Below, piece by piece: positions 1 through 10,578 of a stretch of 64,000 bases of DNA. The position numbers and the translations under genes were made by a program. How positions within the stretch are numbered: position 1 is the first letter of the stretch; each line of letters opens with the position of its first letter. The notes beneath the pieces were generated by a model. It was not told where the DNA came from and did not search any database. It saw nothing but the letters and a program-made list of their open reading frames with translations. The DNA is taken from positions 32,001 through 96,000 of the forward strand of contig JBMNFY010000015.1 in NCBI GenBank assembly GCA_050949565.1, written 5' to 3'. Origin of the DNA: Kiritimatiellia bacterium (lineage in GTDB: Bacteria; Verrucomicrobiota; Kiritimatiellia; RFP12; UBA1067).

Positions 1-728
1 AGATCGCCCATCACGGCGTCGAGATCGGTCGGCGTTTCGGCTGCGGAAACCGCCTCGGAGAGCTTTGCCAAATCCGGCGCGTGTTGTTCGAGCGCCGCCT
101 GCATCACTCCCGTCCGCCAGATGAACATTCCTGAGTTCCAGAAGAAATTGCCGCTCTCGACGTAGCGCGCCGCCGTGTAAGCGTCCGGCTTTTCGACAAA
201 ACGCGTCGCCTTATGGAACCGTGTCACCGTATTCATCTCCATAGCGTCGCCGGTTTCAATATAGCCGAACCCGGTCGCCGGGGCAGTTGGCTGAATGCCG
301 ATCGTCACGATTGAATCCTGCTTGCGGGCCACCTGAACGGCATCCGCCAGCGTCTGGCGGAATGTCTCGCCGTCACTCATCAAGTGGTCGGCCGTCAGAA
401 TGCACGCGACGCCTTCGGGATCGCGCCGGTTCACCAAGCCGCAGGCCACCGCGACTGCCGGCGCGGTGTCACGCTTGCACGGCTCACCGACGATATTGGC
501 GCGCGGCACATTCCAGGCCGCCTCTGCCGTGTTCTCAACGAGGTGCTGCGCCGTGATGATAAAAATCCGGTCGGGCGGAATCAGCCCTTGCAGCCGTTCG
601 ACCGCCAGCGAGAGCAGCGGCCGTCCCCCGAACAACGAAATGAATTGCTTGGGACGCGCCTTTGTGCTGAGCGGCCAAAACCGCTCTCCGCTCCCGCCCG
701 CCAAAATCACCGCATACGCATGTTCCAT
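1..728 (-). CDS. manC: Mannose-1-phosphate guanylyltransferase (runs off left edge)
   Basis: Hand translation from ATG at 728: MEHAYAVILAGGSGERFWPLS...PKQF...GEPCKRDTAPA...TGFGYI...FVEKPD...FWNSGMF; canonical GMP motifs. Not in the ORF track because it is truncated. Confidence 0.93.
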   Translation of the reverse strand, partial: MEHAYAVILAGGSGERFWPLSTKARPKQFISLFGGRPLLSLAVERLQGLIPPDRIFIITAQHLVENTAEAAWNVPRANIVGEPCKRDTAPAVAVACGLVNRRDPEGVACILTADHLMSDGETFRQTLADAVQVARKQDSIVTIGIQPTAPATGFGYIETGDAMEMNTVTRFHKATRFVEKPDAYTAARYVESGNFFWNSGMFIWRTGVMQAALEQHAPDLAKLSEAVSAAETPTDLDAVMGD

Positions 729-821
729 CCGTCAGCTTCCTTTCTTCTTGCAACTGCCTTGCCAGTTTTAGCACATGCATCATAGCACAACGCGCCGGGG
801 CTTCAAATGGTAATCGGTTTT

Positions 822-858
822 TAACGCCCAACGCCCAACGCTCAACTTCCAACGCGCA
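822..858. repeat. Heptamer-type short tandem repeat (AACGCCC/AACGCTC)
   Basis: aacgccc aacgccc aacgctc aacttcc aacgcgc; related to the GAACGCC units at 22.17 and 23.2-23.5 kb. Confidence 0.7.
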
Positions 859-872
859 AGTGGGCGGTACAT

Positions 873-1059
873 GCGCCGCCGGGCAAGCAGACGCTTGCCC
901 CTCCCAATGCTCCACAATGAAACCTGAAACCATCCTTCCGCACAGCGGAAGGCGGCTCGTGGGGACACTCGCCCTCCAAATCATTTTAATCATGTCGGGG
1001 AATGAAACCGTGATACACGGGCAAGATGCCCGTGCCACACCCTTTGCAAGACACGTTGT
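873..1059. repeat. Composite REP-like dispersed repeat, copy 1 (copy 2 at 8020-8231)
   Basis: Near-identical blocks GGGCAAGCAGACGCTTGCCCCTCC...AATGAAACCTGAAACCATCCTTCCGCACAGCGGAAGG...GGCTCGTGGGGACACTCGCCCTCC...CACGGGCAAGATGCCCGTGCCA at both places. Confidence 0.9.
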
Positions 1060-1062
1060 GAA

Positions 1063-1125
1063 CTTATTACCTATTACTTCTTACTTATTACTTCCTCCCC
1101 GCTATTCGCTATTCGCTCGTTATTC
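1063..1125. repeat. Heptamer STRR-like repeats (TATTACC/TATTACT, CTATTCG)
   Basis: ttattacc tattactt cttactt attactt ... gctattc gctattc; the same TATTACY unit recurs at 22295-22360. Confidence 0.75.
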
Positions 1126-4100
1126 GTACGTAAGTCGTAGCGCAACGGCGCGAAGCCAGCTCTCGCACACGGATTTGCCACAGGCCGCGCCGGTCGTTCG
1201 GAGCCAGATCAAGCGTGAGCGCGAGCTGTCCGCGTTCGGCGCCGTAATACCCGCTCCACTCCGCCTGCGCGCCGGCCGGATCGAGGATCTCGACACGCAC
1301 CGGTACCACGGCATCGATCGGCTTTCCTTCCGCGTCTACCACAGAAACCGTACAAGGCAGACGACCGCCGAGACGCGCCTCTTGCGCGACGTCGATGCGC
1401 ACGGCATCGATGGCGCGTTCCGTGACCATCAACACGCAGCCGTCGCAGGGACCGAAAGTACGCGCAACGCTCAGCCGCCCATCCTGCACTTTCGCATCCA
1501 AGATGCGCCCTTCCGTCAGGTCGTACACATGCCCCGAGGGACGCGTCAACGACAGCACGGCCTCTGTCGGCAAGCCGTTCTCCATCACCAAACCATGCTG
1601 CCCGACGTAATCGCCGAACTCGCGCCGGTCATTGACAGCAAAGAGGTAATCGGTAGAGCCGTACGAACGGCAGCGGGGCACCACGTCGGGCGTTGAGGCG
1701 TCGCAATAACGCCGGTAACGCGCGTCGAGCGCCGCACGCAACTCGGCGGATTTGGCGATCAAAGCGGCGCGGTCCTCGTCCGCCTTGCGCGTCCGCGTGT
1801 AACTCGCGAGCGTGATGTCGGCGCGGATGGCCGGGCAGAGGCGTTCATCGCCCACCACCACTCCGCCCCGCGCCTGAAACGCCTTGACCGCAGCCGCCAC
1901 ATCGGCCGTCAGCACATCGCAGTCCATCATGACCAACACGCGGTACTTGTCCAATCCGTGTGCCTTCACGGTTTCATCGTAGATGATCTCAGGTTGGAGA
2001 TGCGCCCACAGCAACATCTGATAGGCGTCGCCGGACCACCCGCCGCCCCATCCGTAAGTTCCGCGCCGCGCGAACATCTGCGACGCGAAGCTTTCCAGAA
2101 ATGCAACATCGCTGGGCCGGTCGGGGACTTGCAGCAAGGTGGGTCCCAGCGGCTCCACGACCTCTTTGATCAGGCGGCGCAGCTCATGCTGCGTCTGCGG
2201 ATGGGTGTAACGGTAGGAGCCTTCACCACTCTGCGGCACCAACGATCCCCAGCCATGATACATGATGCCGCGCACCGGCCTGGCCAGTTTGGTCCAGAAC
2301 GCTTCACGCAGATGCATGGGCGCGATGGTCGGGAATGCCGCATCGGGATCGGTGTCCTCCCACGGCGAGGCGGGTGCTTTTCTGACCTCGTCTCCTTTGG
2401 CGATCGGTGCCGTCTGCGAGCGGTACCAGATGATCTGGGTCATCTTCATGACCTGTTGCGGCTGAGCGGCACCGCGCGCCATGGCAAATAGTTCGTCGGT
2501 CGCCACGCCGATGCGGATCGGATCGGGATAGGAGTAGGTCCACTGCGACAGGATATCCGCGCTCCCGCCGCTTCCGTAGACGCTCGCCACACGCACCGCC
2601 GGATCGTGGAATGTCCAAAGTCCTTCCCGCCCGGTCGACCGGAGCCCCCGGTGCAACTCGGAGTTCATGCGGTTCCAGCCGTCGCCCTCTTTCCAATACC
2701 AAGAGAGGAAGCGCAAAAGCGGATGGTCATCAGGGATCACCCTGTCAGACGGGAAGTCGCTCAGCTTGATGTACTCCACACCGTTCTTGTTCGGTGCATT
2801 CGTTGGATAGTCAGAACCGGTCGCGCGCTGGCACGCCTCGCGGTCATGCGCGTGCCAGCAGACGTTTGCGCCGTCACGCACCTCGGTATGCAGCAGAGCT
2901 GCCTGCCAGGCCGGAAAGTCGCTGTAGGCCTGCGCCACCGACGCGCCTACATTGAAGGCGAACGTCTGCATTTCGGGGAACGCCGCACAGAGCGCCGGTC
3001 TGTTGTCGTTGCTGACGCCCTTGCGATCCACGCGCCGGAACTCCGGCTTGGCGTTGGCCGCCCAGTGACCGGGCGAGAGCGTCGCGATGATGCCGACATC
3101 ATGCGCCAGCGCGGTGTCCAGCATCTGCTTGACCGCCGCGACGCGCTCAGGCGTCTCGGGCTCAACCGGCTGCCCCGCGTCAAAGATGCGCTTGAAATCC
3201 GCGCCGAACCCCAGACAGTGCGTGAACCCGATTTCCGTCAGGCGCGGTAGCTCGCGCATGACGTTGCCCGCTCCGTAAAGGCCCCATATCACTACCGGCA
3301 TGCGCGGTGGACGACGCGGCATCAGCGTGAACGTCACGCTCTCTTCGCTCACATAAGGATCGCTCGCCTCCTTCAAAGGGGTCTCGACGCGCAGTCGTAG
3401 TGTATAACTGCCGGGACGCAGCGCCGTATCGACCGGCACCTCGATCGTCCGGCTCTCACCCGCCGCGAGTTCTGGTATCTGGTGGTGCGCGGCTTCGCGT
3501 CCCTCGACCGTGCAGAGCACAGAGATGTTGTGCGCGGCCTCACGCTGGGCATTGGCCAGTTTGAAACGCAAGGCCGGCGTCTTTTCCATACGCACAAACA
3601 CGCTGCGGTCGGATGTCAGGGCCAATGTGACCGGACGAAACTCCAACGCGCCTTGACATAGACGTACCTGCGTCAGGTATCCCGGAAAGCCATGATAGTA
3701 GCTGCCGATGCGGTCGCCGATGGAGAGCGGATGACCGCCCGACGCGATACGCCCGCGTCCCGTCCGGGTGACCGTCCCCTGCGCGGTGCCGTCCCTGAAA
3801 AACCGCACGGTGCCAGCGCCGTCGTAGGTGACCGCGAGATGCGTCCAGATGTTCGTCGCAAACACCGAGGGCTCCGAACTATACACTTCCGAATCGTCGC
3901 CGAAACCGAGCCGCAGATAGGCGCGCCGCTGACCGCTTTTATCGGCGGCTCCCAGCGTCCATTGGTAATCCGTGTGCGCCACGTACTTCTTGTCGATCAA
4001 GAACGCTTCGGGATAATCGACAAATTCAGGCTTCGGCTTGATCCACATCTCCAGCGTGAACGCGCCCCGGGGCGAGAGCGAGGTGTGGTTGGCGACGACG

Positions 4101-4375
4101 GCCGCGTGGCGTTTGTCTTCCACCGGCCAACCGCAGAACGACTCTAGGCAGGAACCCCAACGGGCATCCGGCACCAGCACGGTGCCGTGCAGCACCGCGT
4201 CGCGTCCCTTGCCCGATGCATCCTTCAGATCCGCGAAGGTCCACAGCCCCACCACCTTCTCGCCGGTCGCATCCGCGCCCGTGTAGGGCGACAGCCAATT
4301 CTCGCACGGCTGCTCCGCGCGCAGCATCCACACCGACACCGCCAGCGCACACGTCAATCTGACACCGTTTTTCAT
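1109..4375 (-). CDS. Secreted protein: LamG/concanavalin domain plus putative glycoside hydrolase (GH42-like TIM barrel and trimerization-like domain)
   Basis: Signal peptide from MKNGVRL; LamG motifs FTLEMWIKP and WTHLAVTYDG...FFRDG; C-terminal DVAFLES...LDKYRVLVM..CDVL..FQARGGVVVGD typical of the GH42 trimerization domain. Confidence 0.65.
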   Translation of the reverse strand: MKNGVRLTCALAVSVWMLRAEQPCENWLSPYTGADATGEKVVGLWTFADLKDASGKGRDAVLHGTVLVPDARWGSCLESFCGWPVEDKRHAAVVANHTSLSPRGAFTLEMWIKPKPEFVDYPEAFLIDKKYVAHTDYQWTLGAADKSGQRRAYLRLGFGDDSEVYSSEPSVFATNIWTHLAVTYDGAGTVRFFRDGTAQGTVTRTGRGRIASGGHPLSIGDRIGSYYHGFPGYLTQVRLCQGALEFRPVTLALTSDRSVFVRMEKTPALRFKLANAQREAAHNISVLCTVEGREAAHHQIPELAAGESRTIEVPVDTALRPGSYTLRLRVETPLKEASDPYVSEESVTFTLMPRRPPRMPVVIWGLYGAGNVMRELPRLTEIGFTHCLGFGADFKRIFDAGQPVEPETPERVAAVKQMLDTALAHDVGIIATLSPGHWAANAKPEFRRVDRKGVSNDNRPALCAAFPEMQTFAFNVGASVAQAYSDFPAWQAALLHTEVRDGANVCWHAHDREACQRATGSDYPTNAPNKNGVEYIKLSDFPSDRVIPDDHPLLRFLSWYWKEGDGWNRMNSELHRGLRSTGREGLWTFHDPAVRVASVYGSGGSADILSQWTYSYPDPIRIGVATDELFAMARGAAQPQQVMKMTQIIWYRSQTAPIAKGDEVRKAPASPWEDTDPDAAFPTIAPMHLREAFWTKLARPVRGIMYHGWGSLVPQSGEGSYRYTHPQTQHELRRLIKEVVEPLGPTLLQVPDRPSDVAFLESFASQMFARRGTYGWGGGWSGDAYQMLLWAHLQPEIIYDETVKAHGLDKYRVLVMMDCDVLTADVAAAVKAFQARGGVVVGDERLCPAIRADITLASYTRTRKADEDRAALIAKSAELRAALDARYRRYCDASTPDVVPRCRSYGSTDYLFAVNDRREFGDYVGQHGLVMENGLPTEAVLSLTRPSGHVYDLTEGRILDAKVQDGRLSVARTFGPCDGCVLMVTERAIDAVRIDVAQEARLGGRLPCTVSVVDAEGKPIDAVVPVRVEILDPAGAQAEWSGYYGAERGQLALTLDLAPNDRRGLWQIRVRELASRRCATTYVRITSE

Positions 4376-4398
4376 ACGTTTCCTCCGCCAGTCGGTTC

Positions 4399-5832
4399 TC
4401 AAGCGATTTTAACCAATTCGGATGCGATCGGCCTCCCCTTGGCCCCAAAACACTCAATCGGGCGCACTGTGAAACGGTAAGGCCCTTTCAACGTCAGGTC
4501 TTTACTCAGGAACGTGCAAAGCCCGGATCGATGGAATGACGGTTCGTCGAGGCTGTAGAAGTCCGGCGCGAGTACGCGCCGCTGCGCCTGTATGAGATCC
4601 ACTCCATCCGCTTCAAGCGCCGCCGTGACCTCATACTCGAACACACGACATTTGTTCTTCGTTTCTGCATGAGGGAAGGTTACATCGACAAACTCGGCGC
4701 CTTCTCCGTTCTTACGTATTGCAACGGAGACCTTCGCTCCCGAGGCAAACTCCGGGGCCACGCGCGCCGCGCGGCGCACAGCAAAGTCGAAGGGTTTCTT
4801 TTCGGCGACAGGAAGCGGCAAAACCCATTTGTCTCCCAACGCCATGCCAGAAATGAAATCAAGGCGATCAATGTCAATGCGGTCGTCATAGACCGTCACG
4901 AACTGCCCCTGACGGCACTGCGACAGCCCCAGTGCTTTCATGCGGCGCGCACGCTTCTCCCCTGTATAGCCGAAAGCGTTGTCGCGCCCGTTTTCGCGCA
5001 AGGCGTACTCGTTGCTCCCGTAGTAGAGCGACGACGCATTGATCGAAGTAAAAGCCCCCTGCCAGATCGACCGCTCATCTGTAAGTGAATAATGCGAATG
5101 CCCGGAGAAGGCCACGGCATTCGGAAATGCTGAAAGCGCACGCGTGGAACGTCCGTCGTCATGCCCCCACGCCCAAGGGCCCATAACTGTATCCTTCGGA
5201 TGCTCGTGTTGCGTGTAGAAGAATGGCAGCGACGGATCGATTTCCTTCGCATGCGCCTTCATGAACTCCTCGATCCGGATACCGCCATCGGACTTCTCCC
5301 AATGCGCCCCGATAACCGGATATCCCTTGACGGTCTTCATCCAGATGGGCTGGAAGTCTTCGTGGAACAGCCTACGCCAGGTCTTTTGGCGGACATCGGC
5401 ATAACCGATGGCATCGGCCAGACGAGCCTGCTCGTCCGTTGAAGGTGACCGATAGTGGGGATTTCGCCAGCCGTCGACACAATGGTTGCCGAGGACGAAA
5501 AGGTGTTCGACGGGACGTCCATCCGGTGCCTTGCCATTGGGAAAGACGGAGTACCAGACATTCGCGCAAATCTCGAGTTCCGCGACACGGCCTGTATCGG
5601 CGATGTCACCCGCCAGAAGCACCGCATCCACTCCTCGATCCCTGAAATATTCGAGAGCCTTCCGAAACATCTCACCCTGCTCTGGTTTGTCACAGCGGAT
5701 GTGTATGTCACTGAGAACGCCCATGCGCAGGCGTTCCTTCCCCGAACCGTCCGCCCATGCTGCGCCACCGCCGCAACAGGCGGCCCCAAACAAAGTCGCA
5801 GACTTCACAAAGTTTCTTCGAGAGATTTTCAT
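4399..5832 (-). CDS. Tat-exported calcineurin-like metallophosphoesterase
   Basis: SRRNFVK Tat motif; motifs SDIH, GDIAD, GNH, SGHSH. Confidence 0.88.
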   Translation of the reverse strand: MKISRRNFVKSATLFGAACCGGGAAWADGSGKERLRMGVLSDIHIRCDKPEQGEMFRKALEYFRDRGVDAVLLAGDIADTGRVAELEICANVWYSVFPNGKAPDGRPVEHLFVLGNHCVDGWRNPHYRSPSTDEQARLADAIGYADVRQKTWRRLFHEDFQPIWMKTVKGYPVIGAHWEKSDGGIRIEEFMKAHAKEIDPSLPFFYTQHEHPKDTVMGPWAWGHDDGRSTRALSAFPNAVAFSGHSHYSLTDERSIWQGAFTSINASSLYYGSNEYALRENGRDNAFGYTGEKRARRMKALGLSQCRQGQFVTVYDDRIDIDRLDFISGMALGDKWVLPLPVAEKKPFDFAVRRAARVAPEFASGAKVSVAIRKNGEGAEFVDVTFPHAETKNKCRVFEYEVTAALEADGVDLIQAQRRVLAPDFYSLDEPSFHRSGLCTFLSKDLTLKGPYRFTVRPIECFGAKGRPIASELVKIA

Positions 5833-6040
5833 AGCCTTATTCCTGACCTGCCAAGTTCTTTCACAAAGTGAACCAGCGAGACACCGGCCCCGCGTCCAGT
5901 ATACATTATGCGAGGGAGAAAGATGGGTCAACCCCTAAACTCACCGCATCACCGAAACCAAAACCGATTGGGGTTGCAGGAGTTTCACAGGCTTTGTATA
6001 GTACGATCGTTCATTTGGCACCAAAAAAGGAGCGCTAAAA

Positions 6041-7627
6041 ATGTGTGGTACGGTTCAATATCATGTGTGTGTGCGTGTCATCGGCCTTGCCCTTCTCGTG
6101 GGAGCCTGCCTGACGGGGATAACCGGTTGTGGGCCTTCCGCCGAAAAAAAGGCGGCACGCGAGGCACTTCTCGGTCACGAGATCGAACGGACGTTTGACA
6201 CCATCCAGCGATTGCGCGGCGAAAACAATAACAGTGAAGCCTTGGCCGTAGCCGAGCGTGCCTTGGCCAACCCGAAATATGCCGCGCACAAAACGCGCTT
6301 CTTCACGGAAAAAATTTCCATCCTCGTGGCGCAAGAAGATGATGTCGCCGCGCGCGCCGCGATTCTCGATGCATGGAAAAAAATGCCGGAAGCCGCGCGC
6401 GCTGTCTTCGGCAGCGTCTACAACATTTACCGGCAAGCGGACCGCCATGCCGACATCCGCAACTGGTGCCGCGACTTGCAGGCGCGCGAAATCGGCTTGC
6501 CGGCTGACCTGTTGCCGCAGGTGCTGAATTGGCAACTCACGGCCTCGCTCGCGATGGCTGATGCGGAACTCGCACAAAACGACCTCGACAGTATCATCAA
6601 CGGGTTGCCGGCTGAGAAGGCGGCCCCCATCGTGCAGCAAGGCATGGGCGGTCTGATCGACGGCGGCCAGTATGCCCTCGCCGCCCGTCTATTGGAGTAT
6701 CTGCAAGCCAAAAAACTGGATGCCGAGGCATACCGTCATCTCTTGTCGGCGCTTTCGCTGCGCACCGTGCTGGCCGCAAAAAAATGGGACGAAGCGCCCG
6801 CCGCGTTCGACGCTTGCGTCGCGCAACTGCCGGACAGCATGCTTTACTCACTCGCGCGCACTTTCTTCACGACGCTCCAAAAAAACGAGCGTAGCGACCT
6901 GATCGAGCAGGCCAGCAAAAAGATGATATACAACGCCCTCGACAAAACCAACTCTGTCAACTATGCGGCACGTGTCTGGGTAGAGGCCGGTGTGGCCGCC
7001 AATCCCCGCTTGCTGCCGGAACGTCTCGATGCCCTGCTGGCTGCCCGCATCTCGCCGGTGCAGGTTGGTAACCTCTTCGACCGCTACTTCTACGAAATGG
7101 TAGATAAGCCCGAAATCATCCGCGCCCTCTGCGCTGTCGGCGAACGCATCCTCGCGACCTGTTCCGACGCGAACACGATCAACTCCGTCAAAATCAAGGT
7201 TCTGGACGGTGCCTTCATCATCGAGAATTATGACCTTGCGGTAGAGATGCTGGAAAAAGGCATTCCGGGGAAAGACAAAAACTGGCATGACATGTCGATC
7301 CCCAAAGTCAAAGCACACCGCGCCATGGCCAAAAAACAGCCGCGCGAGGCGGTCGCTTTCTTCCGTGAGTTCATGAATGCCTGGATTGCCTCAGACCAAG
7401 AGGAGGAGTTCGACCCCACCAGCGGCATCGCCTACAGCCGCGAGTGGATTCTAGGCCGCAACGCCAAACGCATCGGCGACATCCTCGACACGATCCCGGA
7501 CAAGGCCGAAGCGGATAAGGCGCGCGCCGAGGCCAAGGAGTACTTCAAGACCGCGATTAAGAAGGCAGAAAACGATCCGGCCGCGCTTGAGCTACTGAAA
7601 AAAGAGACTGAAGGGTTCCTCGATTAA
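6041..7627 (+). CDS. Alpha-helical (TPR-like) lipoprotein
   Basis: 528-aa ORF with hydrophobic N-terminus and lipobox-like ITGC; Ala/Leu-rich helical repeats. Confidence 0.6.
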   Translation: MCGTVQYHVCVRVIGLALLVGACLTGITGCGPSAEKKAAREALLGHEIERTFDTIQRLRGENNNSEALAVAERALANPKYAAHKTRFFTEKISILVAQEDDVAARAAILDAWKKMPEAARAVFGSVYNIYRQADRHADIRNWCRDLQAREIGLPADLLPQVLNWQLTASLAMADAELAQNDLDSIINGLPAEKAAPIVQQGMGGLIDGGQYALAARLLEYLQAKKLDAEAYRHLLSALSLRTVLAAKKWDEAPAAFDACVAQLPDSMLYSLARTFFTTLQKNERSDLIEQASKKMIYNALDKTNSVNYAARVWVEAGVAANPRLLPERLDALLAARISPVQVGNLFDRYFYEMVDKPEIIRALCAVGERILATCSDANTINSVKIKVLDGAFIIENYDLAVEMLEKGIPGKDKNWHDMSIPKVKAHRAMAKKQPREAVAFFREFMNAWIASDQEEEFDPTSGIAYSREWILGRNAKRIGDILDTIPDKAEADKARAEAKEYFKTAIKKAENDPAALELLKKETEGFLD

Positions 7628-8470
7628 CGCGGGCAAAGCCCGCGGATAGGCTGTAAGACTGTGAGGTTGTGAGGCTGTAGGTTGGTTTTTCCATCCGCGC
7701 CGTGCGCGGATACACTTCGTCTCCACACTTAATCGCCACACTTAATCGAATACACTTCGTCCCTACACTTAATCGATTGCGCCAGCGACGAAGCGTAAGC
7801 GACGTGTCTTGGACTGAGTGAACGACGTAGACGACGCAGAGGCACGGAGATTTTTACGGGGTGGCGGCGTGACCGCCGCCGGGGAGGGACGAGCGTCTGC
7901 TCGTCCGCAGGCAAGCAGACGCTTGCCCCTCCCGGCGCTCCGCGAGCCCAGACAGCAGCACTGGAGGGCGAGTGTCCCCACGAGCCGCCGTCCGCGCACA
8001 GCGCGGAGGAAACGCTCAAGCGCCGCCGGGCAAGCAGACGCTTGCCCCTCCCGGCGCTCCGCAATGAAACCTGAAACCATCCTTCCGCACAGCGGAAGGG
8101 CGGCTCGTGGGGACACTCGCCCTCCAAATCGTGTCGTTTATGCGCCCGCGCAGCGGGAAATCATGTCAAAAAATGAAACCATGGAACACGGGCAAGATGC
8201 CCGTGCCATACCCTTTTACAAGACACGTTGTTGCGGGCGAGGACGCCCGCACTCCCGACTCTCTGCTCCCCTTGTCATCAGAAACGCATGACCTTCGCAC
8301 ACCCTGTCGCTAATGCGGGCGGAGCCCGCAACCCAAGTTAACTAGTGCGTTAGTTAATTAGTGCATGAATTTGTCCGGGAGCGCGCTGCCCCCAAAAAAC
8401 CTCTGCGTCTCTGCGCCGCTACGTTAAACAAACAACTTGTTTTTTATCGCATTCGTCGGGTCGTAAGGCA
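7628..8470. repeat. Intergenic cluster of multiple REP-like palindromes and short tandem repeats
   Basis: CGCGGGCAAAGCCCGCG; GGCTGTRA x4; CACTTAATCG x3; GGAGGGACGAGCGTCTGCTCGTCC; GGAGGGCGAGTGTCCCCACGAGCC; GCGGGCGAGGACGCCCGCACTCC; CTCTGCGT repeats; includes composite copy 2 (8020-8231). Confidence 0.85.
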
Positions 8471-9574
8471 CTAACCGACTCCCCACCCTTCCACCAACGC
8501 GGCGATCGTTTCGAGCGCCTCTGACTCGGGTAGCGTCTTGATCCGTTCGCCCCGCACGTAGAGCACAAAGCATCCTTGTCCGCCGGCCACGGCGATGTCA
8601 GCACCCTTGGCTTCGCCCGGCCCGTTCACGACACACCCCATCACCGCCACATGCGGTCGCGGCGCGTCTGGGTACTCGCGGTAGAATCGCTCCAGTCGCT
8701 CTTCGACGCGCGCCGCCAGCCCGGCCACGTCTACGCGCGTCCGGCCGCAGGTCGGACAGGAAGTCACCGCCGCGCCGGGCACACGCAACCCCACGCTGCG
8801 CAGCAGTTCGACCCCCACCCGCACCTCTTTCACCGGCACGTCGGTGAGCGACACGCGGATCGTATCGCCGATGCCCTCCAGCAACAACGCGCCCAATGCC
8901 ACGCAGGAGCGCACCGTGCCAGGCAGAAATGTACCGGCCTCCGTCACTCCAAGGTGCAACGGATACACGGTACGCGCCGATAGCAGACGGTAGGCCGCCA
9001 ACGTGCGCGGCACGTCAGAGGCCTTGACCGAAATCTTGATCTCGCGGTACTCTTCGGCTTCAAGCAGCGCGACATGGCGCAACGCGCTCTCGACCAGTGC
9101 CTCGGCCGTCGCCGATCCGTGCTTGGCCAAGATGTCGGCTTCGAGCGAACCGCCATTCACGCCGATGCGGATCGGCACGCGACGACCGCGCGCCGCCGCC
9201 ACCACGGCGCGCACACGCTCAGATCCGCCGATATTACCGGGATTGATGCGCAGTCCGTCCGCACCGGCTTCCAGCGCCGCAAGCGCCAGCCGGTAATCAA
9301 AATGGATATCCGCCACCAGCGGCAGCGGGGACGAGGCGCGCACCTGCCTGAAGACAGCGGCCGACTCCGCGTCCGGAACAGTCAGCCGGATGATGTCGCA
9401 CCCCAGATCGGCGGCCTCGTTGATCTGACGCAGCAACGCCTGCGCGTCGTGCGGATCGGCGTTCGTCATGGTCTGCACGCTGACTGGTGCACCGCCGCCG
9501 ACCGCCACTGGACCCACAAAAATTTGGCGCGTCTCGCTACGCGGACGCACCGCCGCTGTTGCGCCAGTCTGCAT
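8471..9574 (-). CDS. ispG: (E)-4-hydroxy-3-methylbut-2-enyl diphosphate synthase
   Basis: VQTMTN, PLVADIHFD, RINPGNIG, IRIGVNGGSL, PLHLGVTEAG, GDTIRVSL, SCPTCGR, AVMGCVVNGPGE. Confidence 0.98.
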   Translation of the reverse strand: MQTGATAAVRPRSETRQIFVGPVAVGGGAPVSVQTMTNADPHDAQALLRQINEAADLGCDIIRLTVPDAESAAVFRQVRASSPLPLVADIHFDYRLALAALEAGADGLRINPGNIGGSERVRAVVAAARGRRVPIRIGVNGGSLEADILAKHGSATAEALVESALRHVALLEAEEYREIKISVKASDVPRTLAAYRLLSARTVYPLHLGVTEAGTFLPGTVRSCVALGALLLEGIGDTIRVSLTDVPVKEVRVGVELLRSVGLRVPGAAVTSCPTCGRTRVDVAGLAARVEERLERFYREYPDAPRPHVAVMGCVVNGPGEAKGADIAVAGGQGCFVLYVRGERIKTLPESEALETIAALVEGWGVG

Positions 9575-9579
9575 GGTTG

Positions 9580-9783
9580 CTACGACTCCAACTGATGACT
9601 GATTGCTACCGCCAATATGTCTTCCGACGAAAAGGGCTTACTAGCCGCATTCAGTCGGAAGGCTTCAAAGACTATGGCCATTGCCCTTGTTATGCTTTCA
9701 TCCGTGCCTTTTGGATCTAATTTGGCCAACGCCTCCAGAATTACTGATGAACACTCATCAGTTTTTGCAAAGTTTTGTTTCAC
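9580..9783 (-). CDS. Small hypothetical protein in low-GC island
   Basis: 67-aa ORF immediately downstream of the DUF3883 gene; no recognisable motif. Confidence 0.4.
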   Translation of the reverse strand: MKQNFAKTDECSSVILEALAKLDPKGTDESITRAMAIVFEAFRLNAASKPFSSEDILAVAISHQLES

Positions 9784-9787
9784 TGTA

Positions 9788-10540
9788 CTACCTACCTATG
9801 AATGTTGACCAAGAAACTTGGACCATAACGGTCTCTCGCTGTTCAAAAACCAACTCGGAACTGACCGGATCCTGAAAGATAGTATGGCATGGTTTTTCCG
9901 AGAAATTACGCACGACAAAAAGAAAGAAGCGATCCCTTAACAACTCTGCCGCCTTGTACTCCTTACTTGTTAATTGAACAGTTCCCGCCGGAGCGGTCAT
10001 ACCCTTGACCTCGACAGCAAGAAAAGGTGACGTCGCTGTTAACATTCTGAAATCGAAACCGCAACCCAGCGTAGTTGTGTTCTCCAGTTGACAGTCCTGA
10101 AACATCGGCTCCGTTTTGTAGACCGCTTCAAAATATCTCTCGGCTGCTTGGCCTGTTATCAAGCGCTTGGCGAATGTCGTGGTCTCTTGCGTTTCAATTT
10201 GATCTTTTATGACTGCAAGCTCGCCTTTATCATAAATCTCCGACTTTATTAGGAGAGTGAATTCTTCTAGGCTCAGTTCGCCAAATTGATCCATAAAACT
10301 CTTGCAATATCCACGAATAGGCCGCTTGTGCCAACCTTTTCGTGGATTCGGGAAATAGGGATCGAATTCATCTCGATAGTTCTTCAGAGAAGCGGGGCTC
10401 GCTTCGAGGCTTAATGCGATTACATTGAACGCCTCGGAAAACCCACCAAAACCCAATGCCTTGAGCCCTTCTTCATCGAACTTCGACAGAAACAGGCCAG
10501 CAAGGATTAGTTTGTCTCTGACCGAAAGTACCTTCATCAC
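9788..10540 (-). CDS. DUF3883 (NOV C-terminal-like) PD-(D/E)XK nuclease-fold protein, putative restriction endonuclease
   Basis: TGQAAERYF...GCGFDF...AVEVKG...LTSKEY...FFLFVV pattern; AT-richer than flanks. Confidence 0.8.
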   Translation of the reverse strand: MMKVLSVRDKLILAGLFLSKFDEEGLKALGFGGFSEAFNVIALSLEASPASLKNYRDEFDPYFPNPRKGWHKRPIRGYCKSFMDQFGELSLEEFTLLIKSEIYDKGELAVIKDQIETQETTTFAKRLITGQAAERYFEAVYKTEPMFQDCQLENTTTLGCGFDFRMLTATSPFLAVEVKGMTAPAGTVQLTSKEYKAAELLRDRFFLFVVRNFSEKPCHTIFQDPVSSELVFEQRETVMVQVSWSTFIGR

Positions 10541-10578
10541 TTAGAACCTAAAAGATCCGCTCACCGGTGGCTCCCCAT

